DNA of 64,000 nt from NCBI GenBank assembly GCA_002269645.1, contig NIVC01000930.1, forward strand, positions 248,001 to 312,000, read 5' to 3'. The notes under the pieces are model-generated. The model made no database searches, had not been told where the DNA came from, and saw only the letters and a list, made by a program, of their open reading frames with translations. The position numbers were made by a program, and so were the translations under genes. Positions 1 to 12,450 of this stretch are shown here, one piece after another. The stretch comes from Macrostomum lignano. Its lineage: Eukaryota. Numbering within the stretch: the stretch's first letter is position 1; each line of letters begins with the position of its first letter.

Positions 1-3000
1 GTTGAACCGCCTGTCACTGTCCGAACGACCTCCACCGGCGAGGTCGAAGCGGCCTTGACCTGCCAGTTCGCTGCCGGAGTCGGTCGGCAGAGCCGGCAGC
101 TGCCGTACGGCCACAGTGAGAACGGCGGCCGACCTCAGCTGAGGCGAGCCGTGATCGGCAGCCTCGATGATCAGCGGGTAGCGGCCGCAGTTGGCTATGC
201 TCAACTGCCTGGCCAGGGTGAGCTGTCCCGTGTCCGGGTGCAGGCTGAACAGACCGGCACTGTTGCCGCCCAGAAGGCGGAACTGGACCCTTGAATTGGA
301 CGTCTCCTCGTCTGCGTCCTTAGCCTGAAGGTCGGCCACTGGCGCCCCGGCAGCGTTGAAACAGGAGGTGTCCACGATGGTGGTGTTGTCGGAATTTGGG
401 TAGATGAATCTTGGCGGATTGTCGTTCAGGTCAGTCACCTGCGGTTGTTGTTGCAAGTGTCCTCGATTAGTGATTGAATCTCTTAGAAAGCATCGGCACT
501 CTCAGAATTCAAAGTGCGGTTGCTAAGGGTTCTAAAAATGGTGCGTAAGACGCAGAGGCATCCTAGGATACAAAATGGCATCGGATGTTTCAAAATGGCA
601 CACTACGATTCAAAATGGCGTTCCATGATTCAAAATGACACTCAGTGGTTCGAAATGGCATTCCATGATTCAAAATGGCACCTGATGATTCAAAATGGCA
701 CCCAGTGATTCAAAATGACACCCAGTGATTCAAAATGACACCCAGTGATTCAAAATGGCATTTCATGATTCAAAACGACACTCAGTGGTTCAAAATGACA
801 CCCAGTGATTCAAAATGGCACCCAGTGATTCAAAATGGCACCTAGTGATTCAAAATGACACCCAGTGATTCAAAATGGTACTCCATGATTCAAAATGGCA
901 TTCCATGATTCAAAACGACACTCAGTGGTTCAAAATGACACCCAGTGATTCAAAATGGCACCCAGTGATTCAAAATGGCACCCAGTGATTCATAATGACA
1001 CCCAGTGATTCAAAATGGTACTCCATGATTCAAAATGGCATTCCATGATTCAAAACGACACTCAGTGGTTCAAAATGACACCCAGTGATTCAAAATGGCA
1101 CCCAGTGATTCAAAATGGCACCCAGTGATTCAAAATGACACCCAGTGATTCAAAATGGCATGTCATGATATTCAAAATGACACTCCAAGATACAAATTCG
1201 CATCCATGGGATAACAAAGTGGCACCACCTGAATATTTAGTAACAACTCTGAATAAAATCTTTCTTTCAGAAACTCTTAAAAGTTCAAACATCCACTATG
1301 GCCACAGCCGCTACCCTACACCAGCTCTCGAATATTGGCTGGGTGTCCACTTGCATGCACCGAGCACACGCACAAAAAAAGTTTTCATTCCCTCATCGTC
1401 CACCCAGACTCCCTCCGTCTCCCCGGCATCACTCGTATTAACTCTGGAGATACCGCAGACTCAGAACGGCTTGCTGCGCTCTCGCAGAAATTTTATCAAT
1501 TTTGCCAAGGCGTCTGCCTTCAGACTTGCTGTGAGAATCCTCACTTGCAGAGAGAACATATGAAGGCATGAATTAAGTGGCAACCGCACATGCTTGGAAT
1601 AGATTAACTGTCCCCGGGCTGACAGCTTTTTGCTTCTTCTAGGAGAGACAGGATTCGGCGGAAAAATTACAATTTTGCCGCCTCTCTGAGCCGGTTAACT
1701 CCGGGGTCAAGAGCGACAGTTGAGGACAGCTCGGTTATCTGCTTGGTGACACAAATTGACAGAAATTATCGACTGAGCTTTCCTGGGCCGGAGTATTTTT
1801 TGGAATTGTTGGTTTAAGAGTGAGGCGAGTTTGGTGAAGCACCTTCGAGGAAGCTGAAGGATTTGAAGAGTGATAATCAGTGAGACTGAAGAGTCTGAAG
1901 GATCAGGGAGATGGTAACTAAGCCTGAAGGATCAGAAGGATCAGGGAGGGGATGGCAACTAAGCCTGAAGGATCAGGGAGGGGTTGGCAACTAAGCCTGA
2001 AGGATCAGGGAGGGGTTGGCAACTAAGCCTGAAGGATCAGGGAGGGGATGGTAACTAAGCCTGAAGGATCAGAAGGATCAGGGAGGGGATGGTAACTAAG
2101 CCTGAAGGATCAGAAGGATCAGGGAGGGGATGGTAACTAAGCCTGAAGGATCAGAAGGATCAGGGAGGGGATGGTAACTAAGCCTGAAGGATCAGAAGGA
2201 TCAGGGAGGGGATGGCAACTAAGCCTGAAGGATCAGAAGGATCAGGGAGGGAATGGCAACTAAGCCTGAAGGATCTGAAGGATCAGGGAGGGAATGGCAA
2301 CTAAGCCTGAAGGATCAGAAGGATCAGGGAGGGAATGGCAACTAAGCCTGAAGGGTCTGAAGGATCTGCGAGGGGATATGGTAACTAAGCCTGAAGGATC
2401 AGGGAGGGAATGGTAGCTAAGCCTGAAAGATCTCACTAAAGAACCCAACCATAGCATGTATCACCTTTTAGATAATTATCGGGATAATTTGCCGCTAAGC
2501 ATGAGTCGATGGGAGAGTGTGAGAAATCTGACAGACTGCCTCTCCTAAAAGCAATAATCTGGTAGATCGTGACAAGTGGCAGATAACAGACGGACAAATT
2601 TGCAATCATAATCTCAGGTGCTGGATGAGAGACGACCCGCTAGGAAGAGCCATAGGGGTCAGCTGCCACGTGGGGCGTGACTATCCAAATGAATTGGAGG
2701 GCTGCTGGGTGTGCTTCTCAATGCGCCCAGATGCAAAAAGCCAGCAGAATCCCAATCTTCATCACCTTCTCTCCGCCTCTCTCTCTCTCTCCCCTCTTTT
2801 CTTCCTTCCAAGTCCTCAGAAAAAGTATTTGTGATTTACTGTGGCAGGATGCGGGGAGTTGCACAGGAGCTTCCTACTGAGCAGTCTAAAGAATCTGAAT
2901 TGAATTGGGGGCAAGGCCTCAGTTGGGGGGTACTGAAAAATCCTATCACGAAGAGTTAGCTATGGGATTTAATAACAGCGTACAATTATTGCAAACTGTT

Positions 3001-4741
3001 TTGTGTGCCAAGTTGTACACTTGTACACCATCCCGTATACAAAATTGCAACTCAAAATTTAACAATCAGATTGAAGCCAGACTTTGTTATAATGGCCAGC
3101 TGAAAAGTTCTCTAATTTAAAATTGTCACCTCATTGATTTTTTATACACTTTTTATAAAGTTCATTCTGATATTTCAAAGTGCTAAAGATTTACGACGAC
3201 ACAGACGACGCTACAGAGTCACTCATTTGGCGCCACAGAGTCACTCATTTGGCGCCACAGAGTCTCTCATTTGGCGCCACAGAGTCACTCATTTGGCGCC
3301 ACAGAGTCACTTATTTGCACACAAAAATTCGTAAATTTTCTTATCACAGGCTCAGCTCCCTTCTTTCTCCCTTCTTGACAGCCAGCAGCCGCCCGTGATG
3401 AAACTGTCAAACTTTGCTAGCATAAAATTTTCTTAGAAAACCAGCGACTGAATCGAAAATGAGGGAAGGCTGCGTGAACTTCCGGTTCACCTTAACGCCA
3501 GGTTGCTCAAAAAACCCGTTACAAGATTACTATGATCTCTATAAAAGCAATTTTTTGGAGCCGTTGTCTGCCTGCTTGACAATGGTGCAGCCCTGTGCTA
3601 CTTCAATTTCTAACTGCTCAACGAAATGATTAATTGGGTGCAAATGAATAAAGTCTGGTTTGTGCCCCGTCTGTCTGTCTGGTTCAAGTCGCTAAATCTA
3701 TTGTAATATTGAATCTAACCCGTTTATTAGCCCTTTCAGTTGACTTTCTGGTTAGCAAGAGGCTGTAAATCAGTTCATGAGATCATAGGTGAGTTCATGA
3801 GATCATGAGTGAGTTCATGAGATCCTGAGTGAGTTCATGAGATTATGCGTGAGTTCATGAGATTATGCGTGAGTTCATGAGATCATAATGAGTGATTTCA
3901 TGAGATCATAGGTGTAGTTCATGAGATCATAGGTGAGTTCATAAGATTATCATGAGTGAGTTCATGAAATCATGCGTGAGTTCATGAAATCATGAGTGAG
4001 TTCATGAGATCATGAGTGAGTTCATGAGATCATAGGTGAGTTCATTAGATCATAATTAGTGAGTTCATGAGATTATGCGTGAGTTCATGAGATCATGAGT
4101 GAGTTCTTGAGATTATGCGTGTGCTCATGAGAACATAGGTGAGTTCATGAGATCATAGGTCAGTTCATGAGATCATAGGTGGGTTCATGAGATCATAGGT
4201 GGGTTCATGAGATCATAGGTGAGTTCATGAGATCATAGGTGAGTTCATTAGATCATCATTAGTGAGTTCATGAGATTATGCGTGAGTTCATGAGATCATG
4301 AGTGAGTTCTTGAGATTATGCGTGAGTTCATGATATTATGCGTGAGTTCATTAGATCATCATTAGTGAGTTCATGAGATTATGCGTAAGTTCATGAGATC
4401 ATGAGTGAGTGAACAATGAGCCGGTTCTCACCTTGACAACAACAGACGCGCTGCCCGACCTCCTTGGGTTGCCTCCGTCGAACGCCATCACTGTGAAGCT
4501 GTACGTCGATCTCTCCTCCCTGTCCAGCAACCGCAACGTTTTAATTTGGCCGTCGTGCCGACCGACGCTGAACACGGAGCGCAGGCTGATCTCCGCCAGG
4601 CTGTAGGTCACGTGACCGTTCGGACCTTCGTCTGGGTCGTGCGCCGTCAAGACACCCACCAGTTCGCCCGGTCGCTGCTGTTCAGCGATGCGGAACTCCA
4701 GGGGCATGTTTCTGAAGTTAGTTATTCAGTTAGTTAGTTAA

Positions 4742-4778
<37 letters not shown>

Positions 4779-4791
4779 CAGTCAGTCAGTC

Positions 4792-4858
<67 letters not shown>

Positions 4859-4889
4859 GTTAGTTAGTTAGTTAGTTAGTTAGTTAGTC

Positions 4890-4920
<31 letters not shown>

Positions 4921-4921
4921 C

Positions 4922-4970
<49 letters not shown>

Positions 4971-7367
4971 ATTAGTCAGTTAGTCAGTTAGTCAGTTAGT
5001 TAGTTAGTCAGTTAGTTAGTCAGTTAGTCAGTCAGTTAGTCAGTTAGTCAGTTAGTCAGTTAGTTACGCACCCGCAGGGAGCGGCAGCCTCAGGGCAGAA
5101 GCTCGGCGCATTGTCATTCTCGTCCAGAACTTGGACCACGATGTCCAGCGGTCGCGAAGTCTTGGCCGGTTCTCCGCTGTCCTTGGCCGACACTCGCAGC
5201 TGGTAGCTGGCCTCCTGCTCCCTGTCCAGGGTTTCCTTTGTCAGCAGCAGTCCGTTGCGCTCCCCCAGGCTGAACAATCGGCTGTGCGGTGTGTCCTCGA
5301 GAACGTACGTCACCCCGTCTCCGTCAGCGTCCGTAGCGTTGAACTGGTGCACCGGAGCGCCTGGCGGCCGGTTCTCCACCACCCGCAGCGTCAGAATCGG
5401 CGTCGTCATTGTCGAACTCAAGCTGGTCGCCTCGGCGAACTCCGGCCGATTGTCATTGACGTTTCCGACTCGAATGGTCAGGCGGCGTTGAGTGACGAGC
5501 TCGGGCTCGCCGCCGTCTGAGCAATTCAGCAGCAGCTCGTGCTGCTTAGCGGCCTCTCTGTCTAACGGCTTGGCGGTTCGGAGCTCGAACTCGCGCTGCT
5601 GGCCGCGGCTGAGTCCGCCGCCGCCCGTTCGCGAGACCAACTGGAAGGATCGAAGAGACTCGGCGCCGCCCAACAGGCTGCAGTCTAGTCGGCTGGGGCC
5701 ACCGTCCGCGTCAGTCGCCGTTATCCAAGCCACCAGCTCGGCACCAGCTCCGTTTTCCATCACCTCAAGGTTGCCGGCTCCAACGCCTTCGGTTGCTGGC
5801 GTGACATCGATGACTGGCTGCTCGTCGTTCCGATCCAGGACGCTGACGGTGACAGTGGCGCTTCCGGTCTGCGGCCCGACTCCGCTGGAGTCCCGCCTGC
5901 CGTCTCTGTCCACGGCCTCGAGGATGATTACGTGCACCGGCTGGTGCTCGTAGTCCAGCCGGCGGCGCAGGAACACGCCACCAGTGGTCGGGTCGACGCT
6001 GAAGAAGCCGCCGACGCCTCCGACGCCACCGGCGACGCTGCTCAACCGGTAGCGAATCTGAGCGTTCAGTCCCTCGTCCGGGTCGGTTGCGTTCATTCTG
6101 ACGAATACGGTGTTCAGCGGAAGGTCTTCCTGCACGTGGACCGTCATCTGTTTAAATGGGTTTTGTTGGTGTTCTTGCGTAACGAAGGAACGGTGTCACC
6201 CCTCTGATTGACCAGTGGGCGACATCCAAGCATTGGGAAAGCTGGGCTGTCCACTCCTCTCCAAGGACTTCTGCCAACTTTTCCGCTACCTAAGGGCTAC
6301 CGGGCGGGTAAAAATTCACCTCCTGGACTCTCTGGAGGGGGACCGCACTGCGGACACCGGAACCACCGGATCTCCCCTGCGCGGCACAACAGCGCACAAT
6401 ATTTAGGCCAACTTGACCGAAGCTACTGAGTGTCTGCGTTAGTTCGTAATTTGAAACAACGGCCCACCTGTTCCTTGGAAAATCGCGGCTTCTCATCGTT
6501 CCGATCGATCAGTCGGACGTCAATCTGCAACCGGCCGACCCGAGGCGGACTGCCGCCGTCCTTGGCCAGCAGTTCGAGCTTATGCCGAGCAACCTGCTCC
6601 CTGTCCAGCGGCCTCACCGCAATCAGCTTCGGCTGCAGTCTGCCGTCGCCCAGGTCGGTTGAGCTGACGCCAAAGTACGGAAGGTCGCCGTCCTGCTCTA
6701 GCGAGTACTTTTGCACATTGAACGGCTCAGCGTCCAAGTCGACAGCCATGGGCAATTTGAACTCTTCGCCATCTTTCGGATGCTCGTCGATGTTTAGAAT
6801 GAACTCCGCCTGGGGAAAGGTTGGCGCGTTGTCGTTCAAGTCGCGCACCCGGACGGCGACCTCCACCATCTGGCTGGCGTCCGGATTCACGGCGTCAATG
6901 ACGCGAACTCGCAATGTCAACTCGCAGGCGTCAGTCGGCGATCGCGAATGCGCCCAGCCGGAGCGTCGGCTCCGTCCTCTTCGGCGTCTCCGTTGGAGTC
7001 GGCTTCTGCGCGGCTGCCGACAGCAGCGCCGCACCAGGGTGCACATCCGGTCCCGGTCGAGGCTCACGTTTGGCGCCGTGCTGACCAGCCCGCTGTCCCC
7101 GTCCACTCTGAAGTACCGCAGGCCCGGCTCGCTGCTCGCCTGGCCCAGGCTGACGAACCGGGCGCCGCCCGGGCCTCCGACGGGAAGCCCCGGCTGGCCG
7201 GACAGCCGGCCGATTTCACGTGGCCGAGCCGGCGGCTGCTCGCCCAAGTCTTCGTCTGTCTCGAAGGTGACTCGGATGGCGCCGCCGCTTGTTGTTGACA
7301 GCCACAGCGTTGACACAAGTAGCAGCGCCGAGCCAGCGATGAAGCTGTTTGAGAGGCTGTAGGTCAT
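1..7367 (-). CDS. Delta-type protocadherin (signal peptide + at least 7 cadherin repeats), 3' end outside window; exons 6468-7367, 5072-6147, 4432-4711, <1-438
   Basis: ATG at 7367 (MTYSLSNSFIAGSALLLVSTLWL, signal-like). Cadherin motifs DRE/LDRE, DxD, and DxNDNxPxF linkers (DLNDNAPTF, DRNDEKPRF, DRNDEQPVI, NVNDNRPEF, DENDNAPSF, DLNDNPPRF). GT-AG junctions keep frame (phases 0, 2, 0): EQ|MTV, PCG|NMP, VVK|VTDLND. Seven ECs with EC7 starting FIYPNSDN fit delta-1 protocadherins. Confidence 0.92.
585..1195 (+). repeat. 20-bp minisatellite (GATTCAAAATGGCACCCAGT)n in protocadherin intron
   Basis: Tandem near-identical 20-mers read directly. Confidence 0.95.
1895..2430 (+). repeat. ~41-bp minisatellite (AACTAAGCCTGAAGGATCAGAAGGATCAGGGAGGGGATGG-like)
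   Basis: Tandem units with internal GAAGGATCA duplication. Confidence 0.9.
3212..3312 (+). repeat. 22-bp minisatellite (CACAGAGTCACTCATTTGGCGC), related to arrays at 45.9 kb and 60.7 kb
   Basis: Shares the ACTCATTT(T/G)GCGCC(A/G)CAG core with the 45935-46445 array. Confidence 0.8.
3772..4410 (+). repeat. 20-bp minisatellite (GAGTTCATGAGATCATAGGT)n
   Basis: Tandem units ending about 20 bp from the splice donor at 4431. Confidence 0.95.
4716..5065 (-). repeat. (TAAC)n microsatellite filling protocadherin intron 4712-5071
   Basis: GTTA/GTCA tetramers between donor GT (5071) and acceptor CAG (4714-4712). Confidence 0.95.
6215..6400 (+). mobile_element. Dispersed repeat fragment, possibly the 3' end of a non-LTR retrotransposon (second copy at ~54755-54826, inverted)
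   Basis: CACCTCCTGGACTCTCTGGAGGGGGACCGCACTGCGGACACC...ACCACCGGATCTCCC matches the reverse complement of 54755-54826. Translation LFRYLRATGR resembles LINE ORF2 C-termini (inference). Confidence 0.45.
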
Positions 7368-8334
7368 TGACTCTGTCGTTGGTAGAAGCACTGTTGGTGC
7401 AATCTGTTGCCAATAGCTAGTCTTATGATTTGATTCGAATTCAGCACGGACTGGGTCTCACTGAGCTCCAACAACTGAACAGATTTATCGGCAATATCAT
7501 TTGCCTCCTGTTGCTCGACAAGCAATCCTTTCTTATAGATCCCTTCTCACCCCCCCCCCCTTGTGCTCACAAACCTTCTCAGCGAGTCTCCGCCAACCGG
7601 AGCAGTCGGGCTGGTTCCATTGGCTCTGGCCGGCACACACCGACACCGGTACACCTGCGCAGGTCACGTCTCAAAGGCATAAATTTCTGTAGCCAATTCG
7701 CGGGCAAGCAGGGCATTTCAAACACTTCCCTGCGTGTAGCAAACTTGCAAGCCCGGTATTCAACTGAGGCCAAATATAGCTTTTTTTTCCATTTCGGTAT
7801 TAATAGCAAAGAAAATTAACTATTCCAAATATAGTAAAACTCTCAGCATTCCTCCTTTTCCCTCCCGCAAATGCTATCCAAACCAAATCGAGAAGCGAAT
7901 TTGCGAAAGTAAAGCTGAGTCACTTGGCCGGAACAGAGTCAATCAAAACCGAGTTTTTATTCGCTAAACTCCAGCTCGGTTTGATCTCAAATCAGGACAG
8001 AGTCGCTTGAGAAATAAAAGAGAATAGTTAGCAGTTTCACCCGGGAAAGAGGCTGGATGGGGAGGCGGGACTGCGGACTCGCTCAGCAGGACTTCCGGCT
8101 GCGATTCGTCCGGCGCGTTGTTTAATTTGAGTTTTCCCGGGACACGAGAGGCAAACTCAAATAAGGGCTGCTCACGCGTGAGGGCTTGAAGACGGCTGGC
8201 TATGGTGTACTGTTTCAGTGCGCGTTTGCGATTTCGCGACTTTGAAGCTTCACCAGTTCATGAGATTTCACAACCTCAAATAATTGATTACACCTGCCCT
8301 AATGAGCAGATGTGCAACCGACAGCTCAGCCGCA

Positions 8335-8448
8335 GCTGCGTACGGCTGTTCAGTCCAAGGACTGGCGGGTCGCCACACACCAGTGGGTCAAGAATCGAAC
8401 CACCGACCTTTCAGTCGTGAGTCTGACGCTCTAACCACTAGGCTACAC
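8335..8448 (-). mobile_element. tRNA-derived SINE, internally deleted copy
   Basis: Minus strand: A-box TAGCCTAGTGGTTAGAGCG, B-box GGTTCGATTC; 3' tail GAACAGCCGTACGCAGC shared with the 29189-29412 copy. Confidence 0.8.
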
Positions 8449-8999
8449 TAGGCCGGTCCAGAGTGGCTGGGTTGCCAACAAAAACAGCAACAACAACCTC
8501 AAAGCTTCACCAACTCATGAGATTTCACGAACTGAAAGCTTCATCACCCTTGACTCTGAAAATTTCTCAGAATAGGAGTATACTGTATAGGTAAGATTTT
8601 GTAAAAATTGTATCTTCCGGATCCATGAAAACAGTAAATAAAAAATTGCTTAGTCCTACTTATGAGTAGTAAACCATGCAAATTAAATATTTCACTCCAA
8701 GATAACCCCAAACCAGTTTTTAAGCATCCAGAAAATCGATACCGGTATATTACTCCATTCTTAATTTAAAACGATCAAATCAGGAATATAAATGACTGCT
8801 AGGGGAAACGCGCAAATTAATATTAGTAGTGTACTGGATATTTTGTATAAAGAAGCACACTGCAGTTTGATATCAAACTTTCTAAAAGTGTAAATTGTAA
8901 AAAATATTGAAGCTAGCTAAATATTTATATCACGTTCAATAACTTATGTTTCAGTACGTTGTTCGATATATAATTGTGGGGGTTGTCGATTGAAAGGTA

Positions 9000-9260
9000 G
9001 AAGATAGAACAGAGCGTATAAGAAAGCAGAAGACAGAAAGCAGGCCAGAAAGCAGAAGACGGAAAAGAAGAAGACAAAAGCAGAAGACACAAAAGGAGAA
9101 GCCAAAAAGCAGGAAAGAAAGCAGATAACAGAAAAGCAGAAGACAAAAAGCAGAAGACAGAAAAGCAGAAGACAGCAGGCCAGAAAGCAGAAGACAGAAA
9201 GAAAAAAGCAGAAGACAGAAGACAGAAAAGCAGAAGATAGAAAGCAGAAGACTCGAGACA
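9000..9260 (+). repeat. Degenerate purine-rich repeat (AGAAGACAGAAAAGC-like)
   Basis: Direct reading. Confidence 0.85.
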
Positions 9261-9338
9261 GAAAAAAATAATTCAACCGTCAGATATCAAATAATTCAAA
9301 CTCAGATCATCAGCAATTTTCCGTGTCTCCTTCCAGCC

Positions 9339-10891
9339 TCAGAAGCCTTCGTAGTTGTTTGTGACGGGAATTCGAGGCAGTCGGCCGCCGCCGCCGACGC
9401 CACCGCCGCCGCTCCAGTTGTTGCCGGCATCGAACCGGGCATCGGGTTGTTCAACCGGGTACCTCTGCATCTGGTAAGCCTGCTCGCCATTGCCAGCTTT
9501 AGCGGCGCTTCCCGTCGGCGTGTAAGGCGATCCGAACTCGTCGAACTTGTCGGATGGCTCGCCTCGCTGCCGCTGCTGCTGTTTGGGCAGCGCCAGACCA
9601 ACCAGGCTGGTTCCGGCTGCGGCCAGACAGGCGCTAAAGGCCGCCAGGGCGATGTAGTAAGACGCTCCAGGTGTCACTTTCGTAGCCAGCTGCAAATTGC
9701 TCGGCAAAGCGTTGTAGATCGACAGGCCGGCCGAAGCTGCAGCCGTCGTGCCTGAGATTGGGGGCAGCAGCTCGCGCATCAGGGTGTTGTTGAAGGCGAT
9801 GTGGGCCCCGAACTGCAGTCCAGCAGCCAGCAGACTCAGACCAGTTGGCGCTACCAGACCGGACATTTCGCTGGTGCTGGCCAGGATGTACAAGCAGACT
9901 AGCAGAGAGACGCAGAGCACAGCTCCGGAGGCCAGGTGCAAACCAATGTGCAGCCTGCGGTTTTTGTTCGGGTAAAGCCAGGGCTTTCTTAGAAAGGTGG
10001 CGATTGAATTTTCGTTTGAATCTAGCTTTTTATTTACCCAACACACCTACAGTTCTTCATCAACACCCAACAAGACCAACAGTAACTGCACAACCCAAGT
10101 TCATCCTCAACGACAGCCAACCTCTCTCCAACGACTGCACAACCCAAGTTCATCCTCAACGACAGCCAACCTCTCTCCAACGACTGCACAACCCAAGTTC
10201 ATCCTCAACGACAGCCAACCTCTCTCCAACGACTGCACAACCCAAGTTCATCCTCAACGACAGCCAACCTCTCTCCAACGACTGCACAACCCAAGTTCAT
10301 CCTCAACGACAGCCAACCTCTCTCCAACAACTGCACAACCCAAGTTCATCCTCAACGACAGCCAACCTCTCTCCAACAACTGCACAACCCAAGTTCATCC
10401 TCAACGACATCCAACCTCTCTCCAACAACTGCACAACCCAAGTTCATCCTCAACGACATCCAACCTCTCTCCAACAACTGCACAACCCAAGTTCATCCTC
10501 AACCACAACCAACCTCTCTAACAACTATAAGAAAAAGGACTCACTTTCTGAGCACCAGAATGGTGTCAGCACCAGTCCCCAGAAAGCTGGCGTCGGTGTT
10601 ATTCAAATTGCCGCCGAGGTCAACGTCGAAGCAGCTGCCGAACTTCACCTGACTCGAGTAGGCGGACGCCGACAGCGGAGGGGCGCTGGTGTTGGACAGG
10701 CAGGTGAGAAAAGCTCCGCGACTGCGGGTGAAATAATCCAAGCCTGTCATATTCGACAAAGTGCTCCGATCAACTTCGAACTGTAGCCAGTTGGGCAGCG
10801 ACAGAGACACCACGTTCAGTGTGATTGCGGCTAGCAAGGTTAAAATGGATAGAAAACCAATAAATCTTCGCTTAACGTTGTCGTCCTGCAT
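9339..10891 (-). CDS. Claudin/PMP22/Clc-like four-TM membrane protein, ~331 aa; exons 10545-10891, 9339-9987
   Basis: ATG 10891. TM1 FIGFLSILTLLAAITLNVVSLSL followed by W...RGAFLTC...C loop (claudin-superfamily W-GLW-C-C-like). Donor AA|GTGAGT at 10544, acceptor CTAAG| at 9988 gives an in-frame join. Three more hydrophobic helices, then a polar tail. Confidence 0.75.
10085..10525 (+). repeat. 49-bp minisatellite filling the claudin-like gene intron
   Basis: CACAACCCAAGTTCATCCTCAACGACAGCCAACCTCTCTCCAACGACTG, about 9 copies. Confidence 0.95.
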
Positions 10892-11511
10892 TCTGGCTAA
10901 GAAGATGAGATAGATAGTAGGGTTCAGGTATACTGTGAATGGGCGTTAGTTAGAATGTCTTCACTTGGGCGTCGGCCCTGTAGGCTCACGCATTTTTATA
11001 GACAGTGCAAGACTTAACCCGCGGTCTCTCATTCTTTGTGCCGCTCTCTCAGCCTCACCCGCCTGCCTTCGCCACTAGGCGGGTCAACAGACCCCCCCGA
11101 CTCCACCAGAGCTTTCTATTGTCTCTTTTTCTAATTAATGGGCGTCTTCGCCAATTCGCTTGGAGAGAAATTGCATTCACTGCGGCTCTGGGTCGGTGCT
11201 GGGACCCTGCCGCCCTGCTGAAATATTCAAACTCTCTACTTGGATTGTCTGTGCGTGATGCATTGTGAACAGCGAAGCGAATGCCTTACCCCTGTCCCAC
11301 CCTCTGTCTCTCTCTTCTTGTCTTTTACTTATCTTGGCTGTCCGAATGCACTCACTCACTGTATCTTCAACTGCGAGGTCAACAAAATAATCTGAATGCC
11401 TCACTACTGCGGAGTGCTGAATGATAGGCGAAACAATTTACGTCGGGCTAACAATTAGCAAGCAGTGCTACTGGAAGTAACCGAATAGAGTGTTGGTAAA
11501 GTTTTTTAAAA

Positions 11512-11715
<204 letters not shown>

Positions 11716-12235
11716 TCTATTCTATCGAGTAAGACCGCATTTTGAGTTCTAAGAAAGAAGGCAGTCTCAGAGAAAGTTTTATCCCATGCAGCAAAGGATA
11801 TCTCTTCCAGATTTTATCTAGCAATATCCCCAAGAAATTCTCCCCCGGTGATTCTGAGCCAAGATTGATAGCCAATGTCCAGTTCTCAGGCCTCATCTGC
11901 ACCAGTTGGGCGTTGGGAACTGCAAAATTGGGAAAATTAGTCAAAATCTTTTCCCAATACTTTCTTCCCATCATACTAGGGATTTAAGCCGGGCTCGCAA
12001 CCTCAAAGCGATGCGAATGTCGGCTTGAACTTCTAAAATCCATGAAAAATTCTGTCTGATGCTGAATGGGATAAAGTGGTATTCGAACGAATCAGTTTTA
12101 TCTTGAGCTTTTTTCTTCAGCCAATGACGCTAAAATAATGATCTTATATTTAAAGGTTGTTAACTGTCATGTTCACTGAATTGCTTGATCAATTTTTCTT
12201 TCAAGTTTTTTAATTCCCCAGCAACCAAGTTTAGC

Positions 12236-12450
12236 TATTAAGGTCACTGAACACGTGACCTCATTAAACTTCAAAGTCGTAAGTTAGCTGCCAAGGCTTC
12301 CTTAATTTTTGTGCTCCAATAAACTTCAAGGTCAGTAGCAGTCAAGGTCACTTGAACGCGTGCCGCAATAAAACTTCAAGGTCAGTAGAAGTCAAGGTCC
12401 TTTGAACGCGTGCCCAAAAAATTTCAAGGTCAGTAGCAATCAAGGTCACT
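12236..12450 (+). repeat. Imperfect ~50-bp repeats rich in TCAAGGTCA
   Basis: TCAAGGTCA at about 12326, 12342, 12376, 12424, 12440 plus variants. Confidence 0.7.

Noticed and set aside
5131-7362. Plus-strand ORFs of 129-310 aa overlapping cadherin exons (similar cases at 32549-33181 and 48636-48965)
   Set aside because: Antisense shadows of GC-rich coding exons with no recognisable motifs
8380-8448. tRNA-Val(CAC)-like sequences at 8.4 and 29.4 kb as functional tRNA genes
   Set aside because: Imperfect anticodon and acceptor stems, and they continue into a shared SINE body and tail
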